From: Euryarchaeota archaeon UBA52
GTDB taxonomy: Archaea > Thermoplasmatota > Poseidoniia > Poseidoniales > Thalassarchaeaceae
DNA length: 64,000 nt
Direction: 5' to 3'
NCBI GenBank assembly: GCA_002505455.1
Contig: DAVB01000055.1
Location: 11,710-75,709 of the forward strand
Position numbers and translations under genes: made by a program. Positions within the stretch are counted from its first letter, which is position 1, and every line of letters begins with the position of its first letter. The notes beneath the pieces were generated by a model that worked only from the letters and a program-made list of their open reading frames with translations, did no database searches and had not been told where the DNA came from. Below, one piece after another: positions 1 through 10,640 of this stretch.

Positions 1-53
1 CGCAATGAGCGAAGTCTCAAAGTGTGTTTTTGTTCCGAGTTTTCATCTGCCAA
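1..53 (-). CDS. 5' end of a gene running off the left edge (MADENSEQKHTLRLRSL...)
   Basis: GAGGTGA Shine-Dalgarno-like sequence overlaps the DUF58 stop; TTG at 53-51 begins a frame open to the window edge. Confidence 0.4.
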   Translation of the reverse strand, partial: MADENSEQKHTLRLRSL

Positions 54-62
54 ACAATCACC

Positions 63-1322
63 TCAACCCTTCTTTACCTGCAGCAATGCCTGTGCCAGGT
101 CTATGTCTGGAACCCAGTCGATGACGTTCGCCCCGTATCCATTAAGCGACATGAGTCTATTCTGCCGTTCCATCTTGAGTACCTCGTATGCCATTCTAGG
201 TATCCTGCTAACTAGCCTCTCGAGATCTATTGAATTCGGGGATAGGACATACACCGTGTGGCCATGACTGGATAGTGCTCTTATGGCAGGAAGAGTTGTT
301 CCATCGCCCTCTAGGCTACTGATAACAAATACTGGGGATCCTCGATTCATCCTGGGGATTAGTGCGTTTGTGACTGCTTGGAGAGGCATTGATCCCCCTG
401 CGGAAACCCCAGCTAGAAGGCTCAGAATCTTGTACTGCTGCTTATCACCTGCCTCAGCGGGAAGATGGTCCATTCTCCTCCCGTAGGTCGTTAATGAGAC
501 AGCATCTCGTCTTCTGATAAAGTGATTAGATACCGAGGCAGTAGCAACTGCTCCCATTTCTAGAGGGTTTTTCAAAACGGTTCCGATTCTGGATATGTCT
601 CGAGTATCAAATAGGATATGAACATCAGTAACTGCGTCCCTGACCTTCTCATTCACCATCAAGTCACCAGTTCTGGCGAATGCCTTCCAATTGATTGACC
701 TGAATGAGTCCCCTGGCATGTACTCGCGAAGTGAATAAAACTCGGTTCCTTGGCCGGGAGTTCGGAGAGTTGTCGCGCCGGTGTACATCTTTGGGACGTT
801 TGATCTTAGAAGGGCGTCCTCGATGTCCCTCACTTGGGGAAATACGATGACATCGCTTCTCGTATCGGCAACGCCCTCGTCCGTGAAAAGTCCGAACACG
901 TCCCGATATCGAAGAGAGGTCGGACCAATGGAATAGTGGCCTCGAAGAGGGCATCTCACAGTATATCTGAGAGTCGTCGATTGTCCTGGCCCCAGATTGG
1001 CTCGAATTAGATTGATTCCCCGTCTTATTTTCATTTCATGGGGAACATTGTCGTAGATGTCCAGTATCTGCGTTCTACGTCGCGAGGGGTTCTTGATCCT
1101 CAATGTAACTGTAATATCATCTCCCTTGTACACATTCTCTTCAGATAATTCGCGCTCTACTACCAACCGTGGGTATCCACTAATCCAGCTAGCCATCACC
1201 AGAATTGAAACCATTAGCATCCCGAGAATCATCAGATGGAAATGACTGACCATCATGCCGACAAGTATCAGAGATACTCCCCCGACGATCATCATTGTAG
1301 CTTTCCTAGTCCACAAAATCAC
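63..1322 (-). CDS. DUF58 domain protein (MoxR-associated, vWA-like)
   Basis: Two N-terminal TM helices, Ig-like segment, and the DUF58 motif G-x-EFYSLREY-x-PGD-x-FRSINWKAFAR. Confidence 0.9.
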   Translation of the reverse strand: MILWTRKATMMIVGGVSLILVGMMVSHFHLMILGMLMVSILVMASWISGYPRLVVERELSEENVYKGDDITVTLRIKNPSRRRTQILDIYDNVPHEMKIRRGINLIRANLGPGQSTTLRYTVRCPLRGHYSIGPTSLRYRDVFGLFTDEGVADTRSDVIVFPQVRDIEDALLRSNVPKMYTGATTLRTPGQGTEFYSLREYMPGDSFRSINWKAFARTGDLMVNEKVRDAVTDVHILFDTRDISRIGTVLKNPLEMGAVATASVSNHFIRRRDAVSLTTYGRRMDHLPAEAGDKQQYKILSLLAGVSAGGSMPLQAVTNALIPRMNRGSPVFVISSLEGDGTTLPAIRALSSHGHTVYVLSPNSIDLERLVSRIPRMAYEVLKMERQNRLMSLNGYGANVIDWVPDIDLAQALLQVKKG

Positions 1323-2965
1323 GCCTCCATGAGATCATCATCTGACTCATCATCGTCTGGGCCCCATTCCTTCATACGCTTGACTATTGCAACTAACTCC
1401 TCAGTCTTATAACGACGATTATCATAGATGAATCGGATTAGCAAGGGATCTTCGACGAGCGCCTGCAATTCTTCCGAGGACAATGCATCAAACTCTTCTC
1501 TGGTCAGAGTATTACTACTTCTGATTCTAGAAAGGAATACCTGTCTAATCTTTTCTGGGTGTTGGTAAAACTCGTATCTTTTAGCGTCTCCGAAGCCATA
1601 ATAGATGATTCTGAAAACATGTCTCCAATCTTCGGGGTCTTCTTTGCGAATAAGTACAACTTCGAGCATCATGAAGAGAGCTAGAAACAAGATGAGCATA
1701 GCCATCCAATCATTGGTGAAGTAAACAAGAAAGTAGTACGCTAAGTTGTATGTGTCTGAAAGTGGATTAGACTGCTGGTGACGACTCTCATCGAATATGA
1801 CGACTGCATCGTCGCTTGGAATTAGAGATCCGTTGCCAACTAGCAATGCGTCTGCAATTATATCCAGTGCCCACACCCTGTTATCATTTTCAGGCACAGA
1901 GGAATCATCGATATCGGAAGCTGAGTATATTGCATTGATGAGTAATGACCCGTCTGATGCAATATGTACCTGACCTGAGGAAGGTTCGGCACACAATCTT
2001 GATGAGCAAATTCTTGCATATACTGCGAACGGGCCTTGTTCGTCACCCTGTATGCCTGCTGCTTCGAACGCAGGTGTCAGGTCTCCGTCATCATTCGAGT
2101 CCAAATACGAATCTAATGTTGATGTGACAACAGGGTACCGATTTTCAGCCGGGGAGAATGCGGACTCCTTATCGAATGCTGACGGCGTGCTGGTCAGAAG
2201 ATTGTAGTCTTCACTAAAGTCGTAGACTCCACCAACATCATCCCAACGATGAGCACAGAGACCGAATGAACCGCCATCGGGCGTAAATCCGGCGTCAGGA
2301 GCATCTGGATTTGGATCCATGGAATCTAGTATTCCATCTCCGTCTCTGTCCGCAAGACAGGGGTGATAATTAGAAGTAGATCCGGATGTTTGTGTCAAAT
2401 TGTATGCATCTGTTACGTTTGTCCACACATAGTTGTAATCGAGTTCTCTTGCCCATGCCTCCCCATCGTAAAGCTGATGGTTTGAGAATACGATGTTGTA
2501 TTCCTGTGCAAGTGCAGACGAGTAGCCGAAATCGTCCATAAGAAGCAAAGTGCCACCAGCCTGCACATACTGTACTATAGCTTCAATTTCTGATCCAGTA
2601 TATCCATCAGAATCAGATAGCTCGATTACAGAGTCATCATCCGTGAAACGGGGGAGGGATATTGTGTCACGCTCTACTCCAGATATTACGAACACAGTCT
2701 CATCGGGATTATCAATCTCCCCAAGGAGGAGTGGGCTTGACACCATAGCAGTTGTCTCAACCCCCATGGCATTGATGTCTGAACGAAAATCGCCGAGATC
2801 GTTCCAATCATCACCATATGCAGACTGCTGAGTCTTTCCATCCACGATATACGTAGAAGCGATAAATGCCACAAGTAGTGTTAAAACCGACCAAAATGAG
2901 AACATTAGGAATCTTCTTCGATTCACTGCATTGAAGAATCGGGATGCTCTTCTTGGCCTCTCCAT
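1319..2965 (-). CDS. DUF4350-like membrane-anchored extracellular protein
   Basis: N-terminal TM, 'YVQAGGTLLLMDDFG' and 'VIFDESRH' motifs, C-terminal TM; ATG at 2965 preceded by GAGGTGA; stop overlaps the DUF58 start. Confidence 0.7.
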   Translation of the reverse strand: MERPRRASRFFNAVNRRRFLMFSFWSVLTLLVAFIASTYIVDGKTQQSAYGDDWNDLGDFRSDINAMGVETTAMVSSPLLLGEIDNPDETVFVISGVERDTISLPRFTDDDSVIELSDSDGYTGSEIEAIVQYVQAGGTLLLMDDFGYSSALAQEYNIVFSNHQLYDGEAWARELDYNYVWTNVTDAYNLTQTSGSTSNYHPCLADRDGDGILDSMDPNPDAPDAGFTPDGGSFGLCAHRWDDVGGVYDFSEDYNLLTSTPSAFDKESAFSPAENRYPVVTSTLDSYLDSNDDGDLTPAFEAAGIQGDEQGPFAVYARICSSRLCAEPSSGQVHIASDGSLLINAIYSASDIDDSSVPENDNRVWALDIIADALLVGNGSLIPSDDAVVIFDESRHQQSNPLSDTYNLAYYFLVYFTNDWMAMLILFLALFMMLEVVLIRKEDPEDWRHVFRIIYYGFGDAKRYEFYQHPEKIRQVFLSRIRSSNTLTREEFDALSSEELQALVEDPLLIRFIYDNRRYKTEELVAIVKRMKEWGPDDDESDDDLMEA

Positions 2966-3039
2966 CGTCCGGTCACCTCTCAGCAACAGGGTATAACCCA
3001 ATCCAACGATATAAGACGCTTATCCGGCCTTGGGACGTA

Positions 3040-3282
3040 TCACTGATGCAAACGTATGGCATTTGATATCTCGGCGACCTCTTCGACCGGGACTTCGAGC
3101 AGTCCTTTCTTGACGGGCCATGGAAGTAGGGCAGGATCAAGTTCTTCAGATATTATGACGAGCAACGAGATTACTTTGCCAGATCTTGGATCGAATATGA
3201 AATCGGATAGGTATCCCAGGGTGTCCCCCGCACCATCTAGGATTGGCCGGTTTAGAATTTCACGGCCGAATCCTGACGGCAT
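3040..3282 (-). CDS. PRC-barrel domain protein
   Basis: 80 aa with the PRC-barrel pattern 'ILDGAGDTLGYLSDFIFDPRSGKVISLLV'. Confidence 0.85.
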   Translation of the reverse strand: MPSGFGREILNRPILDGAGDTLGYLSDFIFDPRSGKVISLLVIISEELDPALLPWPVKKGLLEVPVEEVAEISNAIRLHQ

Positions 3283-3288
3283 TCAAAA

Positions 3289-5511
3289 TCACACCGACTC
3301 AATGCCCTGAAGAGTGCTGGAGTCTCTCTTAACCGACTCTAAACCACTGACGAGGGTCTCTTCCATCTTGGAATAGTAATCTAACATGTCTTTGTTGACA
3401 GTTGGACGGACTCTGTTAATAGCATCCTCAAAGTGGCTCTTTGAAACACTCTTTCTACCTGCTCTCATTGCAATGAGGGCTGCTTCTCTGCATATTGCCT
3501 CTATATCGGCACCGGTATAGTTCTCAAGCCTATCAATGAGATCATCGAGTCTGAATCGGCCCAATGGCATCTCTGAGGTGTGAATCTTCAGAATCTCGAG
3601 CCGTGACTTACGATCTGGGGGCGGTACATGCAGAACGCGTTCAAAGCGTCCACTTCGTAAAAGTGCAGGATCAATCATTTCAGGTCGATTGGTCGCAGCT
3701 ACAACGATGACTCCTTCCATTGACTCGACACCGTCCATGCTAGAAAGAATCTGATTTACCACCCTATTCATGACATCCGAACCTTCTCCGGACATTGATC
3801 TACGGACGCCGGCAATTGATTCGAATTCATCAAGGAATATGATTGAGGGTGCTGCTTGCTTCGCTTTCTTGAAAACCTCGCGTACGGCTCTTTCCGATTC
3901 TCCGACCCACTTGGAAATCATTTCTGGGCCCTTGATTGAAATGAAATTGGCCTTTGCCTCGTTAGCTATGGCCTTGGCGATTAGAGTTTTTCCAGTTCCA
4001 GGTGCGCCAAATAGAACAATTCCTCGAGGAGGTTTGATGCCAAAATGCTCGAAGGTTTCTGGTTGATTCAGAGGCCATTCAATACTTTCCTTTAGTCTCT
4101 CCTTAATCTCATCCAGTCCACCGACATCGTCCCAAGAAGCCGTTGGGACCTCTACGTATATCTCCCTGAGTGCGCTGGGCTCTATCTCTTTGATAGCCTC
4201 ACGGAAATCGATCATTTTAACTTCCATCTTCTCGAGTACCTCGGCGGGTATCTCATCTTCATCCAAGTCAATCTCAGGAAGATACCTTCGCAGGGCCTTC
4301 ATTGCAGATTCCCGAACTAGGGCTGATATGTCCGCCCCTACAAAACCATATGAATTCTCAAGAAGCCATTCCATCTCGAAATCATCACTTATGGGCATAC
4401 CACGTGTATGGATATCGATGATCTCAGAGCGGCCATTCTTATCTGGTACGCCTATTTCCAATTCTCTATCGAATCGTCCGGGCCTTCTCAAAGCGGGATC
4501 TATCGCATCTCTTCTATTCGTAGCTCCGATTACAACTACGTTATCCCGACCCTGCATGCCATCGAGAAGCGTTAGAAGTTGAGCGACTACTCGTCGCTCA
4601 ACTTCTCCACTTACATCTTCTCGCTTGGGAGCAATTGAATCTAATTCGTCTATGAAGATAATAGCAGGGGCATTCGAAGCGGCTTCATCGAATATTTCGC
4701 GAAGCTGTTTCTCACTTTCGCCATAATACTTGGAAATAATTTCAGGGCCATTAATTGATGTGAAATGTGCCTGCGTCTCTGCGGCGACAGCTTTGGCAAT
4801 CAATGTCTTACCAGTCCCAGGGGGGCCATGAAGAAGTACGCCTCGAGGCGGATCTATGCCCAGCCTACGGAAGAGTATGGGGTGCTTAAGAGGGAGTTCA
4901 ATCATCTCCCTGACTTTCTGAAGTTGGTCGCCAAGACCGCCTATATCCTCATATGAAATCGTCTGAATGGTACTCTCGTCTTCTTCATCAACTGGATCTT
5001 CCTTGATGACTATCTCTGTGGAAGGTAGAACCTGCACGATTCCTTTTGGCTTTGTGCTGACTATCTGAAATGGCAGAGCCTCGGCAAACAAAGTCATGCC
5101 TGGTATGAATATCCTATCTCCAGCTACAACAGGGCGTTTGTTTAGGCCTCTGCGAGCAAACCCTTCGATACCGGGCCCAAAACGGACTTTTTGCTGTTTG
5201 GCCATTACCGGCGAAAGCACAAGTTTCTCACACTCGGATACCTCGACTTTGCTAATATTCACTCTATCGCCCAGCGATACCGCTGCATTCTTTCGAATTA
5301 TTCCATCTATCCTTATGACTCCAAGATTCGCATCTTCTGGCCTACATCGCCAGACAATAGCGGCAGTGGACTTCTCCCCCTTAATTTCGATGACGTCACC
5401 GGGTTTGAGGTTCAGATCATTGTCAAATGGCACTCTGGCTCTTCCATGGCCCACATCGCTTGGAATAGCCTTTGCAACCCTAAGCGTAAGCTCCCCTTCT
5501 TCGTCCGGCAT
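3289..5511 (-). CDS. cdc48: CDC48/VCP (VAT) family AAA ATPase
   Basis: N domain plus two AAA modules ([32 protein letters not shown]). Confidence 0.97.
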   Translation of the reverse strand: MPDEEGELTLRVAKAIPSDVGHGRARVPFDNDLNLKPGDVIEIKGEKSTAAIVWRCRPEDANLGVIRIDGIIRKNAAVSLGDRVNISKVEVSECEKLVLSPVMAKQQKVRFGPGIEGFARRGLNKRPVVAGDRIFIPGMTLFAEALPFQIVSTKPKGIVQVLPSTEIVIKEDPVDEEDESTIQTISYEDIGGLGDQLQKVREMIELPLKHPILFRRLGIDPPRGVLLHGPPGTGKTLIAKAVAAETQAHFTSINGPEIISKYYGESEKQLREIFDEAASNAPAIIFIDELDSIAPKREDVSGEVERRVVAQLLTLLDGMQGRDNVVVIGATNRRDAIDPALRRPGRFDRELEIGVPDKNGRSEIIDIHTRGMPISDDFEMEWLLENSYGFVGADISALVRESAMKALRRYLPEIDLDEDEIPAEVLEKMEVKMIDFREAIKEIEPSALREIYVEVPTASWDDVGGLDEIKERLKESIEWPLNQPETFEHFGIKPPRGIVLFGAPGTGKTLIAKAIANEAKANFISIKGPEMISKWVGESERAVREVFKKAKQAAPSIIFLDEFESIAGVRRSMSGEGSDVMNRVVNQILSSMDGVESMEGVIVVAATNRPEMIDPALLRSGRFERVLHVPPPDRKSRLEILKIHTSEMPLGRFRLDDLIDRLENYTGADIEAICREAALIAMRAGRKSVSKSHFEDAINRVRPTVNKDMLDYYSKMEETLVSGLESVKRDSSTLQGIESV

Positions 5512-5651
5512 GGAGTATCCCTCGGAGATGTCTGTGTATTGGGCTGCCTTAAACCCCCATATCCAAAGTCGATGTGTTTGGCCGCTTACCAGACAACTTG
5601 TACGATTCCAACGTTAGCAGCATTCATGTGAATAACCGGGGTGGGTGTGGC

Positions 5652-7280
5652 ATGCCCCATGTGCTTGAGACCGGATTTGAGGCGATAGACAACGAAAACC
5701 CCAATGGTTCACCGATGATTCGTGGATACAACATAATCGGAGGACAGTTGGAATCCGCATCTGATGGTTCGACATTTGAGTCGAAGAATCCTGCTATTCT
5801 TTCTGATTGCCTCGGGGTCTTCCCTCTATCTACCAAAGATGATGTCCACAGAGCATTAAAGTCGGCAAAGGCGGCATTCTCTGGCTGGTCTTCCACCCCT
5901 GCACCCACACGCGGTCAGATCATAGGCAACATGGGAAGGCTGCTGATGGAGCATAAGGACGATCTTGTCCGTCTAGAGACTCGTGAGATCGGGAAGACAC
6001 TGAAAGAGAGCGCTGGGGAAATCCAGGAAGCGATAGACACGTGTCTGTTCTTCCAATCAGAAGGAAGGCGCCTATACGGACAAACCGTAAACAGTGAGCT
6101 TCCCGACAAGGAGTTGTTCACCTACCGAAGGCCCTTGGGGGTTTGTGGAATCATCAATGCGTGTAATTTTCCTTCCGCTGTGCCCTTCTGGAAAATGATT
6201 CCAGCAATCATGTGCGGCAACACCTGTGTCTGGAAGTCTCCACAGGACAGTCCTCTCCTCTCATTTGCATTGGCCAGGATAATGCACCAGGCGGGTTTGC
6301 CGGACGGAGTTGTGAATCTCATTCACGGCAAGGGAAGTGGTGCGGGTCAGCATCTAGTTGATGCAGTTGATGAAGGAATGGTCAACAAAATTTCATTCAC
6401 AGGATCTACTTCAGTTGGCAAAATGATCGGAGAAATCTGTGGGCGTAATCTGGTTTCATGCTCACTCGAGTTGGGCGGTAAGAATCCGCTAGTCATAATG
6501 CCATCTGCCAACCTTGAGAATGCCGTAGAAGGGGCTTACTGGGCGGGATTCGGTACCGCTGGCCAAAGATGCACGAGCCTCGGCAACCTAATTATCCACG
6601 AAGATATCTACGAGGATTTCATGGAGAGATTCATGGAAAAAGTCCGCAGCACGAAGATTGGCGATTCTATGAGTGACGATGATGTTCTTTATGGCCCGAT
6701 GCTGTCTGAAAAATATGCATTGGATTTTCTTGATGGGTTGGAAATGTGCGAATCAAGCGGAGCAAGGCGGATTTACGGAAAGGGGCGAATAACAGCAGAC
6801 TCATCCCCCACGGGTTTCATTGCCGACGCTGAGAGCGGAGTATACATGTGGCCTCACGTATATGTGGACGTTACAGATGAGATGGACTGCTTCCATGAAG
6901 AGATTTTCGGGCCTGCAGTCACGGTCGTAAAGGCCAAGGATTTCGATCATGCACTTTATCTGGCAAATGCATCGCCATATGGACTCTCGAGCGCTATTTA
7001 CACGAATGACAGGCTAGAGGCATATCGATTCAAAACAGGCATCAAAGCCGGTATGACTGGGATAAACAACTCAACGACTGGTGCTGAGGCGCACCTTCCC
7101 TTCGGAGGGGTCAAGGGCTCAGGGAATGGTACAAGGGAATCTGGCATTTGGGTGATTGAAGCATACTCTTACTGGCATGCAGTCAACGATGAGCTGTCTG
7201 GGAAGCTTCAGTTGGCTCAGATGGATGTTGATGAAATTCATATCGAAGAGGCAGAGGCAGATTACAAATCTCTTGCATGA
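5652..7280 (+). CDS. Aldehyde dehydrogenase family protein
   Basis: FTGS, LELGGKNP, catalytic Cys in GQRCTS, EEIFGP and PFGG motifs; likely ATG at 5652. Confidence 0.95.
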   Translation: MPHVLETGFEAIDNENPNGSPMIRGYNIIGGQLESASDGSTFESKNPAILSDCLGVFPLSTKDDVHRALKSAKAAFSGWSSTPAPTRGQIIGNMGRLLMEHKDDLVRLETREIGKTLKESAGEIQEAIDTCLFFQSEGRRLYGQTVNSELPDKELFTYRRPLGVCGIINACNFPSAVPFWKMIPAIMCGNTCVWKSPQDSPLLSFALARIMHQAGLPDGVVNLIHGKGSGAGQHLVDAVDEGMVNKISFTGSTSVGKMIGEICGRNLVSCSLELGGKNPLVIMPSANLENAVEGAYWAGFGTAGQRCTSLGNLIIHEDIYEDFMERFMEKVRSTKIGDSMSDDDVLYGPMLSEKYALDFLDGLEMCESSGARRIYGKGRITADSSPTGFIADAESGVYMWPHVYVDVTDEMDCFHEEIFGPAVTVVKAKDFDHALYLANASPYGLSSAIYTNDRLEAYRFKTGIKAGMTGINNSTTGAEAHLPFGGVKGSGNGTRESGIWVIEAYSYWHAVNDELSGKLQLAQMDVDEIHIEEAEADYKSLA

Positions 7281-7344
7281 TTTAGAAGTGTTATTGGTTT
7301 TAAATTCACAAAAGTTCTATTTTCCTCCGGCCGCCTTCCCACTC

Positions 7345-10300
7345 ATGGCGAAGAGTCCGTGGACAGGCATATTTCTTGCGACATTGATGGTATTATTCTC
7401 AACACATCCTCTGTTGGTTGATTCGGGGCCACAAACTGAAACCGAGATTCGTTCGGATGAGATTCGCCTAGGAACCATTGCCAACAACTCTCCCGGCCAA
7501 GTGCTGGGCCACATTGATACCCATGACACACTGTCGATCGGGAGGCAGTTCGCCTGCGCTTTGACCGAGAACTCCAGCGTTGTATGCTGGGGCAGGACAG
7601 ATTTCGGTCAAACCGGAATCGGAGTCACAGGCAATCAGGTCTACCACAACATGACCTATGTTGACGCATTGAACGGAATGGGCATCGTAGAGGTCTCTGC
7701 ACACCTAGACCACGCATGTGGTCTTACGTCCCAAGGAGCCGTCTACTGCTGGGGCAGCAACGTCAATGGCCAGATCGGCAACGGGCAAATAGGAAGCACC
7801 GAACTCACCCCGACACTGGCTCTACTCCCACAGGGAGTCGTCGCAAAGTCACTCTCGCAGGGGCCGAGTTCACACACCTGCGCAATCAGCACCGATGGCG
7901 ACCTGTATTGTTGGGGGCTCAACAACATGGGGCAGGTTGGCAATGGGCAGTTATGTGCTAATTGGGGGGACACCTACACCAACCCATGCAGTAATGGTGG
8001 AAGTGGAATACTGGTCCCAGAATTAATCAACATGCCAACGGGAGTCACTGTTACGTCCGTCAGCGTGGGGGGCGAGCACACGTGTGCCACGGGCAGTGAT
8101 GGCGGGGTGTATTGCTGGGGCGGCGACATGAATTGCAGGGTCACCGGCGGAGACGGCGTTTCCGATGACCCCATAACAGGGAATCAGGGTTGCAACTACT
8201 ATCATCATACACTCAGCCCGAGAAAGCTAACGATGTCAAACACGGAAGTTACAATCCAGGATGCAGCAAACCTATCCTTCGTTCAGGTGGTCAGCGGTTG
8301 GGTATTCTCCTGCGCGATGACCAACTCGGGTGACGGAGTTTGCTGGGGCGCCAACACGGAGAGCCAGCAAGGGATTGGCAACAACAGCAACCTGGACTTC
8401 GCCGTGGTACCAACTCTGGTCCAAGGCCCCTCGGGAGAGAGCATGACGAGCATGTCCGCCACTACCGCCCAAGCGTGCGCGATGTACGACCAGACCGGAG
8501 CCTACTGTTGGGGCGACAACTGGGGCGGCAACACGGGGGACTATGATGGTTCGAATGCCGTGTTATGCAACTACTCAGGCCTGGAAAATGGTGGTGGCAA
8601 CGTAAATTGTCAGGATCGTGCGGCGCCCCATCAGGTCCACACGGGTGGGAATTACACAGCAGTGGTCATGGGTGCTGCGAACGCATGTGGCTTGGACGCC
8701 TCAAACGACATCCACTGCTGGGGCGCCTACGCATGGAACAACGTGAATCAGACCCAGCATCATGTCTTGTGGGGAACTCGGGTCCCGGAACTAATGCAGC
8801 TCCCTGGAACGGCGAAGATAGCATTGGACGACCTCGATTCGGACAATGACGGGCTCAACTCCCCATTCGACCTATGGCCCGAGGGCTGCCCATCTGGGTG
8901 GTATCAAGACGCGCCCAACTCCTGCGATGAGTCCCCGCCCGGGCACTACGCAGAGGAGAGTCTGCCATGGAACCTAGTCATCTGTGAGAGCGGTACCTAC
9001 CAACCCAACGGAGGACAGACATCCTGCATAGACTCAACCCCGGGCTACCATGTCCCGAACGAGGGTGCATTATCGCAGATCATATGCCTTGCTGGGTCTT
9101 ACCAGCCCAACGCTAGATCCTCGACCTGTATCCTGGCAGATCCGGGATATATGGTGAGCACGCCCGGTAAAATAGATCAAACTGCGTGTAATGCTGGAAG
9201 ATTTTCATCTGTGAGCGGATCAACGGAGTGTGTCAGGGCGCAGCCTGGTTTCTATGTATCAGGTAGCGGCTCAGCAGAAGAGGCTCCATGTCCGCCTGGA
9301 TCGTATGCGCCTGCCCATGGCTCGATATCGTGTATCTCGACTTCTCCCGGGCAGTATACCGACGCTCCAGCTTCAACCCAGCCGGCCTCTTGTGATCCGG
9401 GTTCCTACCAACCTGACTTCGGTCAAAGTTCGTGTCTCCTGGCTCCTGCTGGGAATTATGTCTCGGAATCGATGGCTTCGTCGTATCAACCATGTCTCTC
9501 AGGCCACTACCAATCTGCCGAAGGAATGACTGAATGCGTAACTACACCCCCTGGGACATACACGCCAGGAGCATCATTCACTGCGCCTGTAGATTGCCCT
9601 GCGGGCACATATCAACCGTCATCAGGGGCAGAGAGGTGCATCGATGCGACGCCTGGCAGCTATGCTGCTTCAGAAGGGGGCGTTGAGGCGGTTGAATGCT
9701 CTCCGGGGACATATCAACCTCAGTCGGGACAGTCTGCGTGTTTGGAGGCTGATGCCGGGCACTACATCACCCTAAGGGCGGCGAAAAGTCAGATGCCATG
9801 CCCAGTGACTACATTCCAACCTCAAACTGGTCAGACAGCCTGTCTAGACGTCGAGCCTGGCCACTATGCAGATGGAGTTGGGGCGGTGGAGCAAACGCCT
9901 TGCGATGCAGGTGAATATCAACCCTCCAGCAAGTCGACGAGCTGCAAAATCGTCCCTGCCGGACATTATTCAGTCGGCTCGGGCTCCATTGATTTCATCG
10001 CATGCATGCCTGGAACCTATCAGCCGACATCAGGAATGTCGGGTTGTATAGATGCTGATCAAGGCAACTATGTCGGAGAATCTTCTCAACTGATGCAGAC
10101 ACCTTGCTCAAAGGGAACTTATCAACCATCAACTGCTTCCTCCGAATGTTTGAGTGCTGATGCAGGATACTTCGTGGAGTCAACAGGTTCCACAGAGCAG
10201 ACGCCCTGTGAAGCGGGATCTTATCAGCCCGTTGAAGGGCGATCGAACTGCATATACTCGTCAATCAACAACTATGTTCCAGAGGCCGGATCAGCAGTAC

Positions 10301-10461
10301 AGACAGCATGCCCACCAGGAGAGCATCAGCCCACTCCAGGTCAAACTGGCTGTGTTGAGAAAGAGGATGGAGGGGGGCTGCTCCCTGGATTCTCTTCTTT
10401 CTTCGCCCTCATGGCGCTAGTGGGTGCTGCATCGATGTTCTCTGCTCGTAAGCAGGACTGA
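7345..10461 (+). CDS. Large surface protein: signal peptide, RCC1/BLIP-II repeats, Cys-rich GCC2/GCC3 (ephrin-receptor-like) repeats, PGF-CTERM-like anchor
   Basis: Repeated 'H.C......G.VYCWG.N..GQ.G' units; DLDSDNDG Ca-binding-like motif; 34-aa Cys repeats; C-terminal LPGF + hydrophobic helix + RK; ATG at 7345. Confidence 0.88.
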   Translation: MAKSPWTGIFLATLMVLFSTHPLLVDSGPQTETEIRSDEIRLGTIANNSPGQVLGHIDTHDTLSIGRQFACALTENSSVVCWGRTDFGQTGIGVTGNQVYHNMTYVDALNGMGIVEVSAHLDHACGLTSQGAVYCWGSNVNGQIGNGQIGSTELTPTLALLPQGVVAKSLSQGPSSHTCAISTDGDLYCWGLNNMGQVGNGQLCANWGDTYTNPCSNGGSGILVPELINMPTGVTVTSVSVGGEHTCATGSDGGVYCWGGDMNCRVTGGDGVSDDPITGNQGCNYYHHTLSPRKLTMSNTEVTIQDAANLSFVQVVSGWVFSCAMTNSGDGVCWGANTESQQGIGNNSNLDFAVVPTLVQGPSGESMTSMSATTAQACAMYDQTGAYCWGDNWGGNTGDYDGSNAVLCNYSGLENGGGNVNCQDRAAPHQVHTGGNYTAVVMGAANACGLDASNDIHCWGAYAWNNVNQTQHHVLWGTRVPELMQLPGTAKIALDDLDSDNDGLNSPFDLWPEGCPSGWYQDAPNSCDESPPGHYAEESLPWNLVICESGTYQPNGGQTSCIDSTPGYHVPNEGALSQIICLAGSYQPNARSSTCILADPGYMVSTPGKIDQTACNAGRFSSVSGSTECVRAQPGFYVSGSGSAEEAPCPPGSYAPAHGSISCISTSPGQYTDAPASTQPASCDPGSYQPDFGQSSCLLAPAGNYVSESMASSYQPCLSGHYQSAEGMTECVTTPPGTYTPGASFTAPVDCPAGTYQPSSGAERCIDATPGSYAASEGGVEAVECSPGTYQPQSGQSACLEADAGHYITLRAAKSQMPCPVTTFQPQTGQTACLDVEPGHYADGVGAVEQTPCDAGEYQPSSKSTSCKIVPAGHYSVGSGSIDFIACMPGTYQPTSGMSGCIDADQGNYVGESSQLMQTPCSKGTYQPSTASSECLSADAGYFVESTGSTEQTPCEAGSYQPVEGRSNCIYSSINNYVPEAGSAVQTACPPGEHQPTPGQTGCVEKEDGGGLLPGFSSFFALMALVGAASMFSARKQD
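8887..10353 (+). repeat. Intragenic tandem repeat of about 14.5 units of about 102 nt (34 aa): C..G.YQP..G...C....PG.Y
   Basis: Units counted directly in the translation from CPSGWYQ to CPPGEHQP...C; degenerate at the DNA level. Confidence 0.9.
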
Positions 10462-10478
10462 CTTGTTGACATGATCGA

Positions 10479-10553
10479 TGGTGCGCACGCCGGGACTTGA
10501 ACCCGGGTAACGAGGTTGGGAACCTCGTATCATAACCGCTAGATCACGTGCGC
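10479..10553 (-). tRNA. tRNA-Gly(CCC), intronless, CCA encoded
   Basis: Reverse complement GCGCACGTGATCTAGCGGTTATGATACGAGGTTCCCAACCTCGTTACCCGGGTTCAAGTCCCGGCGTGCGCACCA: acceptor stem GCGCACG/CGTGCGC, anticodon stem CGAGG/CCTCG with loop TTCCCAA, T loop GTTCAAGTC. Confidence 0.97.
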
Positions 10554-10640
10554 TTGGAATACCCGATTGCACCTGCGGTCATGAATACTGGGGTACGGGG
10601 TTCAGCCATGTTGAAGCACTAGTTAGCACGAGAGCGTGTC

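Noticed and set aside
7156..7344. N-terminal extension of the 1101-aa ORF
   Set aside because: Overlaps the ALDH gene; the signal peptide begins at ATG 7345
8887..10353. Periodic sequence as a CRISPR array or DGR
   Set aside because: Repeats are in-frame, degenerate protein repeats; no cas or reverse transcriptase gene is present
10462..10553. tRNA-Gly as the integration site of a mobile element
   Set aside because: No integrase and no duplicated tRNA 3' end were noticed in the window
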